Of a stretch of DNA of 64,000 nucleotides, positions 1 through 9,155 are shown one piece after another. The position numbers and the translations under genes were made by a program. Within the stretch, counting starts at the first letter, position 1. Each line of letters starts with the position of its first letter. This stretch comes from Hyalangium minutum (GTDB lineage Bacteria; Myxococcota; Myxococcia; Myxococcales; Myxococcaceae): assembly GCF_000737315.1 (NCBI RefSeq), contig NZ_JMCB01000006.1, positions 124,001 through 188,000 on the forward strand. Direction: 5' to 3'. The notes under the pieces were generated by a model. That model did no database searches and had not been told where the DNA came from. It saw nothing but the letters and a program-made list of their open reading frames with translations.

Positions 1-433
1 GGAGCGGCGGACGCGTGGACTCCCACCGGTCCACCAGGTAGGTGTTCTTGATGATCTTGATCAGGTTCTCCTGGCGAAGCACCGCCTCCGCGGCGGCCTT
101 CGTCGGCCCATCCACCTCGTTGGCCGGCCGCATGGGGTTGGGCGGATCCGGGTTCAGGAGGTTGGGCCGCTCCGGGTTCACCAAGCCGGGGATGATGGTG
201 CTGGCGGTGCGGCGCGGCAGCAGCTTGGACTCGGAGTGCCAGGTGCGCGGCAGCAGCTTGGCCGCCAGCAGCCCCAGCACCGCTGTCATCAGGAAGGTGG
301 CCAGCGCCAGCTTCCAGTGCCGGACCACGGCATTCTTCACGTAGCTGAGGTAGTCGCGGATCTGCTCCCAGTCGAAGATCTGGGCCTGCTCGCGCTCCAC
401 ATCGGGGAGCCGATCCTCATGAGGTGCGGGCAT
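1..433 (-). CDS. epsV: Polysaccharide co-polymerase / chain-length determinant (Wzc/Wzz family, EpsV-like); N-terminal part only, runs off the window edge
   Basis: Manual translation from ATG 433: MPAPHEDRLPDVEREQAQIFDWEQIRDYLSYVKNAVVRHWKLALATFLMTAVLGLLAAKLLPRTWHSESKLL. This is a Wzz-type N-terminus with a TM helix. Its position after epsW matches the M. xanthus eps order. Not in the ORF track. Confidence 0.8.
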   Translation of the reverse strand, partial: MPAPHEDRLPDVEREQAQIFDWEQIRDYLSYVKNAVVRHWKLALATFLMTAVLGLLAAKLLPRTWHSESKLLPRRTASTIIPGLVNPERPNLLNPDPPNPMRPANEVDGPTKAAAEAVLRQENLIKIIKNTYLVDRWESTRPPL

Positions 434-842
434 CGCTCTTACCTCCCGGGGTCGCCTCAGCCGCCTTCGCCAACAACCTCACCACTTGCTGAATGAACTC
501 GTCCTGGGTGAACGGCTTCGTCAGATAGCCGTCCGCCCCCACTTCCTCCGCCTGAGCGCGGTCCAGCAGGGTGCCGCGCGCGCTGATCATCAACACCGGC
601 AGGCCCGCCAGCTCCGGCTGGCCACGGATGTACTCGCACACGTCGTACCCGGACACGTCCGGCAGCGTCAGGTCCAGGCACACCAGGTCCGGCCGGCTGT
701 GCGCCAGCTGCTCCAGGGCCGAGCGCCCGTTGGACGCTTCCTGGATGCGCGTGATGCGCAGGGCGTGCAGGAACTCGCCCACCATCTTCCGGAAGAGGGG
801 CGAGTCCTCTACGACCAGGACCGTGCATTGCGAGACGTCCAT
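417..842 (-). CDS. epsW: Single-domain response regulator (EpsW-like)
   Basis: Receiver motifs VLVVEDS, LVCLDLTLP (phospho-Asp intact), MISAR and YLTKPF; no output domain; lies between epsX and epsV. Confidence 0.85.
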   Translation of the reverse strand: MDVSQCTVLVVEDSPLFRKMVGEFLHALRITRIQEASNGRSALEQLAHSRPDLVCLDLTLPDVSGYDVCEYIRGQPELAGLPVLMISARGTLLDRAQAEEVGADGYLTKPFTQDEFIQQVVRLLAKAAEATPGGKSDARTS

Positions 843-862
843 GAACCTTTCCGGGTCCTCTC

Positions 863-1036
863 CTAATCGTCGAGCCGCGGCCAGATGACCAACACCATGA
901 AGGTGTAAACCAGGTTGAAGACGACCATCATCAAGACGGCCTTTTTGACACCCCGGACTTGGTGACGCTCTCGCGCCGCCAGGCTCGGCAACAGAATCAG
1001 CGAGTACAGCACGGACAGCAGGATGAACTTCTTCAT
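863..1036 (-). CDS. Small 57-aa membrane protein with two hydrophobic segments, inside the eps export operon
   Basis: ATG 1036 to TAG 863: MKKFILLSVLYSLILLPSLAARERHQVRGVKKAVLMMVVFNLVYTFMVLVIWPRLDD. Fills the epsX-epsW gap with 12-bp and 20-bp spacers. Below the ORF-track length cutoff. Confidence 0.75.
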   Translation of the reverse strand: MKKFILLSVLYSLILLPSLAARERHQVRGVKKAVLMMVVFNLVYTFMVLVIWPRLDD

Positions 1037-1048
1037 GACCGGGTGGGA

Positions 1049-2299
1049 TTAAAGCCTACCATTCTCTTGCCGGATCACCAATCCGACGCCCATGAACCAC
1101 TTATAGATGGGGTTGGGGTCGATCACGAATTCTCGCAGCCTCAAGAGTCGACCGGACGCCACTACAGCGGCCGACCGAGTGAGCGGCCACTGAACCTTGA
1201 AAGCGAGGCGTTCCTCGCCATCGTTGGCGTGGATGCCGCCGGTGGCCGACTGGGCGGCGGCGATGTCCAGGTTGATCTGGGCCTTGCGGCGGCCCACCCA
1301 CTCGAAGCCGAAGCTCTGCTCGAAGCGGGGATAGTTGAGGGTGGAGAAGACGTCCACGAAGGGGACGTAGCGCGCGGCCAGCTTCGCCTTCACGGGCCAG
1401 TGGTAGCCCACGGGAACGGGGGTGGTGAGAGAGACTTCGCCGATGGGGTGGAGGATGCTCTCGTAGGCCACCGGGAAGGAGTAGCGGATGGGGGAGAGGA
1501 TGTCCTCGTAGGCCAGCGGGAAGGAGTAGCGCTGGAGACGGTGCTCGCCCACGGCCACACCCATGGCGAGGCGGCCTCGGATCAGCGGGTGGAACTGGTA
1601 CTCCACCAAGGGCGAGGCCTGCAGCAGGGACAGGCGCCCGCCGGTGGAGAAGTGCACGTCCCGGCCCCACATCTCCGTGCCCAGCGTGAGGCGGCGGGTG
1701 AGCGAATGGAAGGCATAGAGGCGGAATTCCGGGCCCACCTGCGAGGGCGTCACCCGGTCACCGAACGGGCGCAGCTCCTTGGGCGGATCCAACAGGCCAT
1801 TGATGACGAGCCCCCCCATGAAGCCGATGTACGTGCGCCGGATGCCCAGGATGTCGAAGCCCACCATGTTCTCCGAGTAGACGTACTTGCTGGCGTCCAG
1901 CACGCGCTGCTGTTCGGGAGGGCTCGTCGCGGGGACGCGGAAGTTTTCGAAGGGGAACGCGCCGTAGGTGGTGGCCTCCATGGCCCAGACCTTGAAGCCC
2001 CGGGAGACCTGGTACTCGCCGCGCAGGAACAGGAAGGTGAGCACCTCCAGCGTGGGCTGGGTGAAGGTGCGGCGCAGCAGGAGCTGCGGCTCGAGGATGG
2101 CCTTCAGCTCCATGCGGTTGGTGTAGAGGATGGCCTGGCCGCGCGGGGTGATGACCAGGTCCTCGATGACCGAGCGGTCCTGGGCCTCCGTCAGGCTCGA
2201 CGAGCGCAGGAAGCTCTCCACCCGCAGCTGGGATGAGTAGCGCACGGCGGGAGAGCTCGCCAGCACCATGCCCGTCACCAGCAGGGGAAGGACCGCCAT
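1049..2299 (-). CDS. epsX: Outer-membrane beta-barrel for polysaccharide export (EpsX-like)
   Basis: Signal peptide, alternating aromatic beta-strand pattern, C-terminal strand YKWFMGVGLVI; directly downstream of the OPX gene as in M. xanthus. Confidence 0.75.
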   Translation of the reverse strand: MAVLPLLVTGMVLASSPAVRYSSQLRVESFLRSSSLTEAQDRSVIEDLVITPRGQAILYTNRMELKAILEPQLLLRRTFTQPTLEVLTFLFLRGEYQVSRGFKVWAMEATTYGAFPFENFRVPATSPPEQQRVLDASKYVYSENMVGFDILGIRRTYIGFMGGLVINGLLDPPKELRPFGDRVTPSQVGPEFRLYAFHSLTRRLTLGTEMWGRDVHFSTGGRLSLLQASPLVEYQFHPLIRGRLAMGVAVGEHRLQRYSFPLAYEDILSPIRYSFPVAYESILHPIGEVSLTTPVPVGYHWPVKAKLAARYVPFVDVFSTLNYPRFEQSFGFEWVGRRKAQINLDIAAAQSATGGIHANDGEERLAFKVQWPLTRSAAVVASGRLLRLREFVIDPNPIYKWFMGVGLVIRQENGRL

Positions 2300-2305
2300 G
2301 GCGCG

Positions 2306-2932
2306 TTACTCCACCACCACGATGTCGCCGGTGCGCAGCTGGAACGAGGCGCCCTTGCCCTCGGTGCGGCTGGCGGCCTCGTAGTCGAAGCGGATGCGCA
2401 TGGGTACGGGGCTGTCCGGCTGGCGGCGCAGCACGTAGATGCCGTCGGGCTGGGCATAGTCCGTGAAGCCGCCGGCCTGCGCCAGCGCGTGCAGCACGCC
2501 CGAGCCGGGCTCCAGGCCCTTCATGCCGGGGCTCTTCACCTCGCCGAGCACCGCCACCTCCAGCTGCTTGGGCTCGCGCACGTACACGGTGACGGAGGGG
2601 TTGCTCACCATGGGCTTGAGCAGCTCTTCAATCCGGCGCGCGAGCGTCGGCGGTGTCATCCCCGCGGCGTCCACGTCATTGAGCAGCGAGAGGGTGATGC
2701 GCCCATCCTCGCGCACCAGTGTCTCCGGCGTGTCCAGCTCCCGCTGGTTCCACACCTTGATGAAGAGCTTGTCGCCCTTGCGGATGACGTAGCCCTCGTC
2801 CTGGAGCGAGGGCGGCTCGCGGTAGTCGTCCACCCAGATGAAGCGGCCCGGGGTGTAGCAGGCGGCCAGCGCCAGCAGCGCGGCTGGGAGGACTCGGAGG
2901 AGGCTTCGAGAGGCTGAGGTTGAACGGCACAT
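2306..2932 (-). CDS. epsY: Short OPX (Wza-family) polysaccharide export lipoprotein (EpsY-like)
   Basis: Lipobox LAAC; Poly_export motif YVIRKGDKLFIKVW...VREDGRITLSLL; SLBB motif VLGEVKSPG; ends LRTGDIVVVE with no C-terminal OM helix. Confidence 0.9.
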   Translation of the reverse strand: MCRSTSASRSLLRVLPAALLALAACYTPGRFIWVDDYREPPSLQDEGYVIRKGDKLFIKVWNQRELDTPETLVREDGRITLSLLNDVDAAGMTPPTLARRIEELLKPMVSNPSVTVYVREPKQLEVAVLGEVKSPGMKGLEPGSGVLHALAQAGGFTDYAQPDGIYVLRRQPDSPVPMRIRFDYEAASRTEGKGASFQLRTGDIVVVE

Positions 2933-2962
2933 AGAAGAGAGGCTCCGAAGAGGGGCTCCAGC

Positions 2963-4501
2963 TCACGCGGCGGCGGACGGCTGGACACGCGAGCGCCGCT
3001 GGCGCACCACGCGCAGCAGGCCTTGCAGCTCGTCCAAACGCACCGCGCCTGTCACGAACACGAGGACGATATAGAGACACGCGCCCACCACCAGCCGCAC
3101 CGGGCCCAGGTCCACGAGCGCCAGATGGACGCACGTCACAACGCCGCAGACGGCCAGCGTCTTCCCCATCCGGGTGAGGCTCTGCTTGTCGAAGGCGCGT
3201 CCTCCCACGGCCCACACCAGCATCCCCACGGCCACCACCTCGCAGATGAAGAGCGCCAGGGCGGAGGCGCACGCACCTCCCACGGGGCCGAACCACGCCA
3301 GGAAGGGGCGCGCCAGCGTCAGGTTGAGCGTGGAGTTGAGCACCATGGACACCACCGAGGTGCGCGTCACCCACCAGCCCTTGCCCAGCGCCGTGAGCAC
3401 GCTGGCGCACACCATGGCCACATACGTGAGCGCCAGAATCGGCGCCTGCAGCCGCAGCACCGCCGCCGCCGGCAGGAAGGCCTCGCCGTACACCAGCTGG
3501 ATCCACGTCTCCGCGCCCAGCGCGATGGCCAGCACCATGGGGATGGAGAAGGCGCTCACCGCCTCCAGCGTGCGGCGACTCAAGCGGAACAGATCGTCCT
3601 GCGACTGGGCCGCGGCGCGCGCCATCAGCGGCGTCAGCACCCACGTCACCACGGGCGCGGCCATGAGCGTCATGCCCGCGAGGTTCCACCCGGCGCCGTA
3701 CCAGCCCACCTCGGTGGTGTTCGTCAGGAAGCCCAGGAGGAAGATGCCCATGGGGCCGTTGGCCGCCAGCGCCGCCTCGTTGAGGAAGAAGGGCAGCGCG
3801 CCCGTCATCGCCTCCTTCGTGCCCTTCGCGTCCAGGCGAATCTCCAGGCCCGTGTGCACACGCGAGAGCCGGAACAGCACCACCGCCCGCACCACCTCGG
3901 ACGCGAGAATCGGCACGCCGAGCCATGGCAGGGGCAGCCCCAGTGCCAGCACCAGCAGCTGCCCGCCGCCCCACACGCACTTGGTGGCGATGTTGGCCAC
4001 CGAGAGCCCATCCACCCGCTCACGCGCGTGGAGCACCGCCGCCAGCGTGCCGTTGCACCGGAAAAACAACTGATACACGCCCAGCAGCAGCACCAGCACC
4101 CGTAGGTAGTCGGGCTTGCCGTCCAGGTGCATCAGCCCCTGCATCACCCCGAGCAGCGTCACCGCCATGGTGAGCTGGAGCAGCAGCGTGCCGCCGAAGA
4201 ACTCGCTGGCGTGCTGCGGCCGCAGGGCCACCTCCTTGCGGATGTAGACCTCCAGGCCCAGGCCAGCCAGCACGAAGAAGACGGCGGTGAAGCCCTCCGA
4301 GGCCCAGTTGAACTGGCCAAACGCCTCGGGCCCCAGCACGCGCGGCAGCAGCAGGCGCACCGCCAGGGCGATGCCGTACGTCACCATGAGCGAGCTGCCC
4401 AGCTTCACGGCGTTGCGCATGGACGTCGACACGTCCAGCCCCGCGGGCTGCGGTGCCGGAGGAGTCGCCGCGGCGCTCGAATCAGGGGAGGGCGTGGACA
4501 T
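2963..4501 (-). CDS. wzx: Wzx flippase (polysaccharide biosynthesis, MOP family)
   Basis: Many TM helices; RVLGPEAFGQF and EVGWYGAG motifs. Start placed at ATG 4501 (ORF track starts at 4531). Confidence 0.9.
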   Translation of the reverse strand: MSTPSPDSSAAATPPAPQPAGLDVSTSMRNAVKLGSSLMVTYGIALAVRLLLPRVLGPEAFGQFNWASEGFTAVFFVLAGLGLEVYIRKEVALRPQHASEFFGGTLLLQLTMAVTLLGVMQGLMHLDGKPDYLRVLVLLLGVYQLFFRCNGTLAAVLHARERVDGLSVANIATKCVWGGGQLLVLALGLPLPWLGVPILASEVVRAVVLFRLSRVHTGLEIRLDAKGTKEAMTGALPFFLNEAALAANGPMGIFLLGFLTNTTEVGWYGAGWNLAGMTLMAAPVVTWVLTPLMARAAAQSQDDLFRLSRRTLEAVSAFSIPMVLAIALGAETWIQLVYGEAFLPAAAVLRLQAPILALTYVAMVCASVLTALGKGWWVTRTSVVSMVLNSTLNLTLARPFLAWFGPVGGACASALALFICEVVAVGMLVWAVGGRAFDKQSLTRMGKTLAVCGVVTCVHLALVDLGPVRLVVGACLYIVLVFVTGAVRLDELQGLLRVVRQRRSRVQPSAAA

Positions 4502-4595
4502 GGGCTCGGCGCAAAGAGGGAAACCGGGCAAGTGAACGACAGCCCCACACCCGCGTCAATTCGCGGGCAGCCCCCCAGCCCCGAGCCCAGGCGGC

Positions 4596-6113
4596 CTAGC
4601 TGGCGCCGTTGCCCGTGATCACCACCGGAACCGTCTTGAGGATCAGTCCCAGATCCGTCAGCAGGGTCCAGTTGTCGATGTACTGCATGTCCAGGTACAT
4701 CCACTCCTCGAAGGAGATCTGATTGCGGCCGGAGACCTGCCAGATGCAGGTGAGACCCGGACGCACGGACAGGCGGCGGCGCTGCCAGGCAGCGTACTTC
4801 TCCACCTCCTTGGGCAGCGGCGGACGCGGGCCCACCACGCTCATCTCACCGCGCAGCACGTTGAGCAGCTGAGGCAGCTCGTCAATCGAGTACTTGCGGA
4901 TGAAGCGGCCGATGGAGGTGATCCGCGGGTCGTTCTTGATCTTGAAGACGGGGCCGCTCTGCTCATTGAGCGCCTCGAGCTTGGCGCGCAGCTCCTCGGC
5001 GTTCACCACCATGGAGCGGAACTTGAGCATGTCGAACGGCTTGCCGTGGAGGCCGACGCGCTTCTGCTTGAAGAAGATGGGGCCGCGCGAGGTGAGCTTG
5101 ATGCCCACCGCCACGGAGATGAGCAGCGGCGAGAGCACCAGCAGGCCCGCCGCCGAGGAGATGATGTCGAACAGGCGCTTGATGGCCATCTGGTGCGGCC
5201 GAGGCTGGTACGAGACGAAGTGCAGGTAGCCGTCGGACACCGCGTGGTTGTGCTCCGGGCGGGCCCGGTCCATGCGGAACGGGTGCGCCGGCAGCGCGAA
5301 CGGAATGCCGAAGCGCTCGCACAGCTTGATGGCCGCCTGCATCTCCACGCCGTGCTTCTGCACGTTGCCCGAGATGTAGACGACATCCACCGGCACGCGG
5401 CAGAGCACCTCTTCCAGCTGCTCCACCTTGCCCAGCAGCGGCTGCGGCGAGTTGGGATTCACCTTCTCGCTGCCGAAGGCCAGGTAGCCAGTGACGCGGC
5501 GGCGGCCGTGCTCGGCCAGGTGCTCGCCCGTAAGGCGGCCCATGGCGCCCAGGCCGAGGATGAGCGCCTCGTCGATGGGCTCCTCGCGCACCGCGAGCCG
5601 GCGGAACACAAAGTGCCGCAGCCCCACCACGCTCCCCCAGAGCAGCAGCGGGAAGAACGTCAGCGCCACCACGGGGTAGCCGCCTGCAATCAGCAAGCGC
5701 TCCAGGTAGAGCATGAAGGTGATGGACACCACGGTGATGGACACCAGCGCCAGGTCATCCAGCGGCGCCCGGTCCGAGAACCGCGGGTCATACAGGCACA
5801 GCGCGGTGCCCAGCAGCAGCCAGCCCAGCCCCGCCATGCCCAGCAGCAGCCACAGGTCCAGGTTGCCCACTTGCAGCTTGTGCCCCATCAGCAGCGTGGA
5901 GCCCAGCAGCGCGCCCACCACCAGGAACAAGTCCACCAGCAGGTTCAGCTTCGCCGCGAAGCCCGGCGCCAGCCGTCCCCGAGTGGCCTTGGCCGCCAGC
6001 GCAGGCACCGCCATCATCCGCGAGGGCTCGGGGGCCGGCACCACGGCAGGCTGAACGGGCGCCGCCGGCTGCGGATTCTCGGAGACTTCTTTCTGGACCG
6101 ATGCGGATTGCAT
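4596..6113 (-). CDS. epsZ: Priming polyisoprenyl-phosphate hexose-1-phosphate transferase (EpsZ/WcaJ family)
   Basis: N-terminal TMs, CoA-binding-like domain and Bac_transf motifs KRLFD, LKFRSM, DELPQLLNVLRGEMSVVGPRP, GLTCIWQVSGRN, DMQYI. Start placed at ATG 6113. Confidence 0.95.
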   Translation of the reverse strand: MQSASVQKEVSENPQPAAPVQPAVVPAPEPSRMMAVPALAAKATRGRLAPGFAAKLNLLVDLFLVVGALLGSTLLMGHKLQVGNLDLWLLLGMAGLGWLLLGTALCLYDPRFSDRAPLDDLALVSITVVSITFMLYLERLLIAGGYPVVALTFFPLLLWGSVVGLRHFVFRRLAVREEPIDEALILGLGAMGRLTGEHLAEHGRRRVTGYLAFGSEKVNPNSPQPLLGKVEQLEEVLCRVPVDVVYISGNVQKHGVEMQAAIKLCERFGIPFALPAHPFRMDRARPEHNHAVSDGYLHFVSYQPRPHQMAIKRLFDIISSAAGLLVLSPLLISVAVGIKLTSRGPIFFKQKRVGLHGKPFDMLKFRSMVVNAEELRAKLEALNEQSGPVFKIKNDPRITSIGRFIRKYSIDELPQLLNVLRGEMSVVGPRPPLPKEVEKYAAWQRRRLSVRPGLTCIWQVSGRNQISFEEWMYLDMQYIDNWTLLTDLGLILKTVPVVITGNGAS

Positions 6114-6467
6114 GCCAAGCTCCCCACGACCCGGGATCCTCCCCCGGAGTGACACCGCCCACCTGCGAGAGTGGGCAAGAAATCACGGCACCACCACGCT
6201 CTGGACCCGCGAAGATTGTATGGGCCTGTGAAAAGTGCACGCAAGCACGTGAAAAATTACGGACTTCCTCCCACCTGACAGGCGGGGTGCTTGTTTGCCG
6301 ATCGGAAATTCGCCCCTACTCCCGAGCACTTGCGGCTCTGATTGTCGACAGTGATCAGTATGTATCAATCCAGCCGAAGAGGACCTGATAGGTCGTCTCC
6401 CCTGGCCGCTACCAGGATTTCTCTGGAAGTGTTTTGTCGGGATTTTCCGGTTCTGTAAATTTGGAGG
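6114..6467 (-). promoter_or_regulatory. Relatively AT-rich upstream region of the eps operon with a GTGAAAA direct repeat
   Basis: GTGAAAA at 6228 and 6249 (21-bp period), interleaved with palindromes GTGCAC (6235) and CACGTG (6246). No clear sigma54 box. Confidence 0.35.
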
Positions 6468-7496
6468 CTAAGAAAACGGAGCGAGGATGCGCTCGACGTA
6501 GCGCTCCACGGAGAAGTCCCGCTCGGCCTTCTCGCGGGCGCGGCGGCCCATGGCCTCGGCCTCCTGGGGATGATCCAGCAGCCACTGCAGGCGCTCACGC
6601 AGTGCTACAGGATTGCCCGGCTCCACGTGGAAGCCCGTGACGCCGTCCTCGATGAAGCCCTCGACGTACGGGTTGCGCGTGAGGATGACGGGCTTGCCCA
6701 TGGCCATGCCCTCCAGGGCCACGGTGATGCCGCTGATGATGGGGCGGGCCAGGGGCACCACCACCACGCGGGACTCGGCGTAGAGCTGGCGCAGGTTCGC
6801 GTAGCTGCCCCACGAGCGCATCTCCACGTTCGGCGGCAGCATGGCGCTCTGGGTCTCGCCCTTGTTGGCCACCGAGTAGCGCCAGATGGTGTCCGCGGCG
6901 ATCTTCACGTCCGCGTCCAGCCCCGTGGCCGCCTCAATCAGCGTGCCGTAGTCGCGGTTCACCGCGCCCGCCGCGCATACCTGGCGCTTGAGCGGCGTCT
7001 CCGGCTGGGGCTGGAAGTAGGCCGTGTCCACGCGCGAGTAGATGACGCTCACCTTCTCGCGCGGAATGCCGTAGTGCTCCACCAGCACCTTCTGGCTGTG
7101 CGGGGACAGGCACAGCACGTGGTCCACGCGCCGCTGGAGGCCCAGCTTGGAGAGCGCCAGCCAGCGCTTCTTGCTGGACACGTTGTGCACCAGCAGCACG
7201 ATGCGGCGCTTGCGGCGGCTCATCACCGCGTCGCACGCGAGGAACTGGAGCGCGGGGAACTCCTCGGCGAGAAAGAGGTTCTGGCGCTCGCGCGTCTCCT
7301 TCCACGCGGCCAGGGCGAAGCGGGCGCAGTCCACGTTGGACGCGGGGTTCATCCCCCGCTGCGCCATGGAGACCACCTGGGTGAAGGCCCCCTGGCTCAT
7401 GGCCGCGAACTCCAGCATGGGGCCCTTCTTCTCCAGCGCATCGGTGACGCGGCTGACGGGCTCACCCACGCCGATGTATGCGGAGTCTTGGGGCAT
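6468..7496 (-). CDS. Glycosyltransferase family 4
   Basis: GT-B C-terminal motif ISGITVALEGMAMGKPVILT...IEDGVTGFHVEPGN; VDTAYFQP. Confidence 0.9.
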   Translation of the reverse strand: MPQDSAYIGVGEPVSRVTDALEKKGPMLEFAAMSQGAFTQVVSMAQRGMNPASNVDCARFALAAWKETRERQNLFLAEEFPALQFLACDAVMSRRKRRIVLLVHNVSSKKRWLALSKLGLQRRVDHVLCLSPHSQKVLVEHYGIPREKVSVIYSRVDTAYFQPQPETPLKRQVCAAGAVNRDYGTLIEAATGLDADVKIAADTIWRYSVANKGETQSAMLPPNVEMRSWGSYANLRQLYAESRVVVVPLARPIISGITVALEGMAMGKPVILTRNPYVEGFIEDGVTGFHVEPGNPVALRERLQWLLDHPQEAEAMGRRAREKAERDFSVERYVERILAPFS

Positions 7497-7508
7497 GCCC
7501 CTCCTCTA

Positions 7509-9137
7509 TCACGAGCCCTCGGTGGGGCGCGCTGGCAGAGAGACCGTGAAGACGGTGCCCACCCCCTGCTCGCTCTGCACCTCGATGTCTCCCCCGAGCC
7601 GCCGGACGATGTCCCGGCTGATGGAGAGCCCCAGCCCCGTGCCCGTCGTCATCCCCTTCGTGGTGAAGAAGGGCTGGAAGACGCGCGACAGGTGCTCCGG
7701 GGCAATGCCCGGCCCCGTGTCCGCCACCTCGACGATGGCCCGGTCTCCCGCTCGAAGGCTGGTGACGCGGATCTCCCGCCGGGGGCCCTTCCAGTCGGAC
7801 AGGGCCTGCGCCGCGTTGATGATCAGGTTGCTGAAGACCTGGGAGACGCGCCCCGGTGTGCCCTTCACCTGGATGCCGTCGGACAGCTCCACGACGACCA
7901 TGGCGGCGGGTGTCGTCTCGGCGCGGGTGATGCGCAGCGCGGAGCGGATGGCCTCGTTCAGATCGAACCACCCCGCCGTCGCGTCATCCATCCGCGACAG
8001 TGCCCGCATGTCCCGGATGATTTCACAGATGCGACGCGTGCCCTCGTACGCCTCGCTCGCAGCCTCCTGGATGGCCTCGAACTCCTCCTGCTCGCGCGGC
8101 CCCCAGCTGAGGGGCTCCCGCGGCTCCTTCGCGTGGGGCTCGTGGTGCAGGGTGCGGCTGAGCAGGTTCAGGCCCTTCTGGATGTACAGGAGGTTGCTGA
8201 GGACAAAGGAGGCCGGGTTGTTGATCTCGTGGCTGATGCCGGCGGCCACCAGGCCCATGGAGGCCATCCGCTCGGAGGCGGAGAGCTGGCCGGCCATGCG
8301 CGCGTTCTCCAGCGCCAGCACGGCATGAGAGGCCAGCAGCGAGGCCCGGTCCAGCTCGCCCCGGTTGAGCGCGCGCATCTCGGAGCGGCGCAGGACGACG
8401 AGCACCCCCAACATCCGCTCCCGCGCGGCCAGGGGCAGCACACAGACGGAGAGCTCCCGAGGCAGCGTCTGAAAGTCCTTGAAGCGCCAGTCCCCGCCCA
8501 GCGGCCCGAGCACCGCGGGCATCTGGTCCCGCGAGAGCATGCGGACCATCCGCTCGCCCAGGGACAGGCACAGCGCGCTCTCCTCCTCGCCCAACAGCCC
8601 CTGGGCGTGCGCCACCTGCAGCTTGCCGTCCGTGTCCGGCAGCGCCAGCAGCGCCGCGTCCGCGGCCATGAACGAGCGCACGCTGTCCACGATGGCGCGC
8701 GGCAGCTGCTCGATGGCGTTCTGCTCGAAGAGGGCCTGGCTCAGCCGCACCAGGTCCGTGGAGACGTTGAAGCGGCGCTTCTCCAGCGCGCGTGACACGC
8801 AGCTGAACAGCTCCTGGAGGTTGAACGGCTTGCGCAGCAAGTCGAACGCGCCGGCGCGCATGCACTCGATGGCGGTGTCCAGCTCCGCGTAGGCGGTGGC
8901 CACCACCACCTCGGTGGAGGGAGACACCTCGCGCACCCGGCGCAGCAGCTCCATGCCGCTCAGGTTCGGCATCCGCACGTCCGTCAGCACCAGGTCGAAC
9001 GAGGCGTCGCGCAGCCGCGACAGGGCCTCCGCCCCGTTGGTGGCCTCGGCCACCTCGTGCCCCTCGAGCGTCAACATCTCGCGGAGCAGCTGACGGATGT
9101 CCCGCTCATCGTCCACGATGAGGATATGTCCCGGCAT
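7509..9137 (-). CDS. Hybrid histidine kinase, REC-GAF-HisKA-HATPase
   Basis: REC ILIVDDE/LTDVRMP; H-box SHEINNP; N-box QVFSNLIINA; G1 DTGPGI; F/G2 PFFTTK...GTGLGL. Confidence 0.92.
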   Translation of the reverse strand: MPGHILIVDDERDIRQLLREMLTLEGHEVAEATNGAEALSRLRDASFDLVLTDVRMPNLSGMELLRRVREVSPSTEVVVATAYAELDTAIECMRAGAFDLLRKPFNLQELFSCVSRALEKRRFNVSTDLVRLSQALFEQNAIEQLPRAIVDSVRSFMAADAALLALPDTDGKLQVAHAQGLLGEEESALCLSLGERMVRMLSRDQMPAVLGPLGGDWRFKDFQTLPRELSVCVLPLAARERMLGVLVVLRRSEMRALNRGELDRASLLASHAVLALENARMAGQLSASERMASMGLVAAGISHEINNPASFVLSNLLYIQKGLNLLSRTLHHEPHAKEPREPLSWGPREQEEFEAIQEAASEAYEGTRRICEIIRDMRALSRMDDATAGWFDLNEAIRSALRITRAETTPAAMVVVELSDGIQVKGTPGRVSQVFSNLIINAAQALSDWKGPRREIRVTSLRAGDRAIVEVADTGPGIAPEHLSRVFQPFFTTKGMTTGTGLGLSISRDIVRRLGGDIEVQSEQGVGTVFTVSLPARPTEGS

Positions 9138-9155
9138 GATGTCGCGGCCTCTCCC

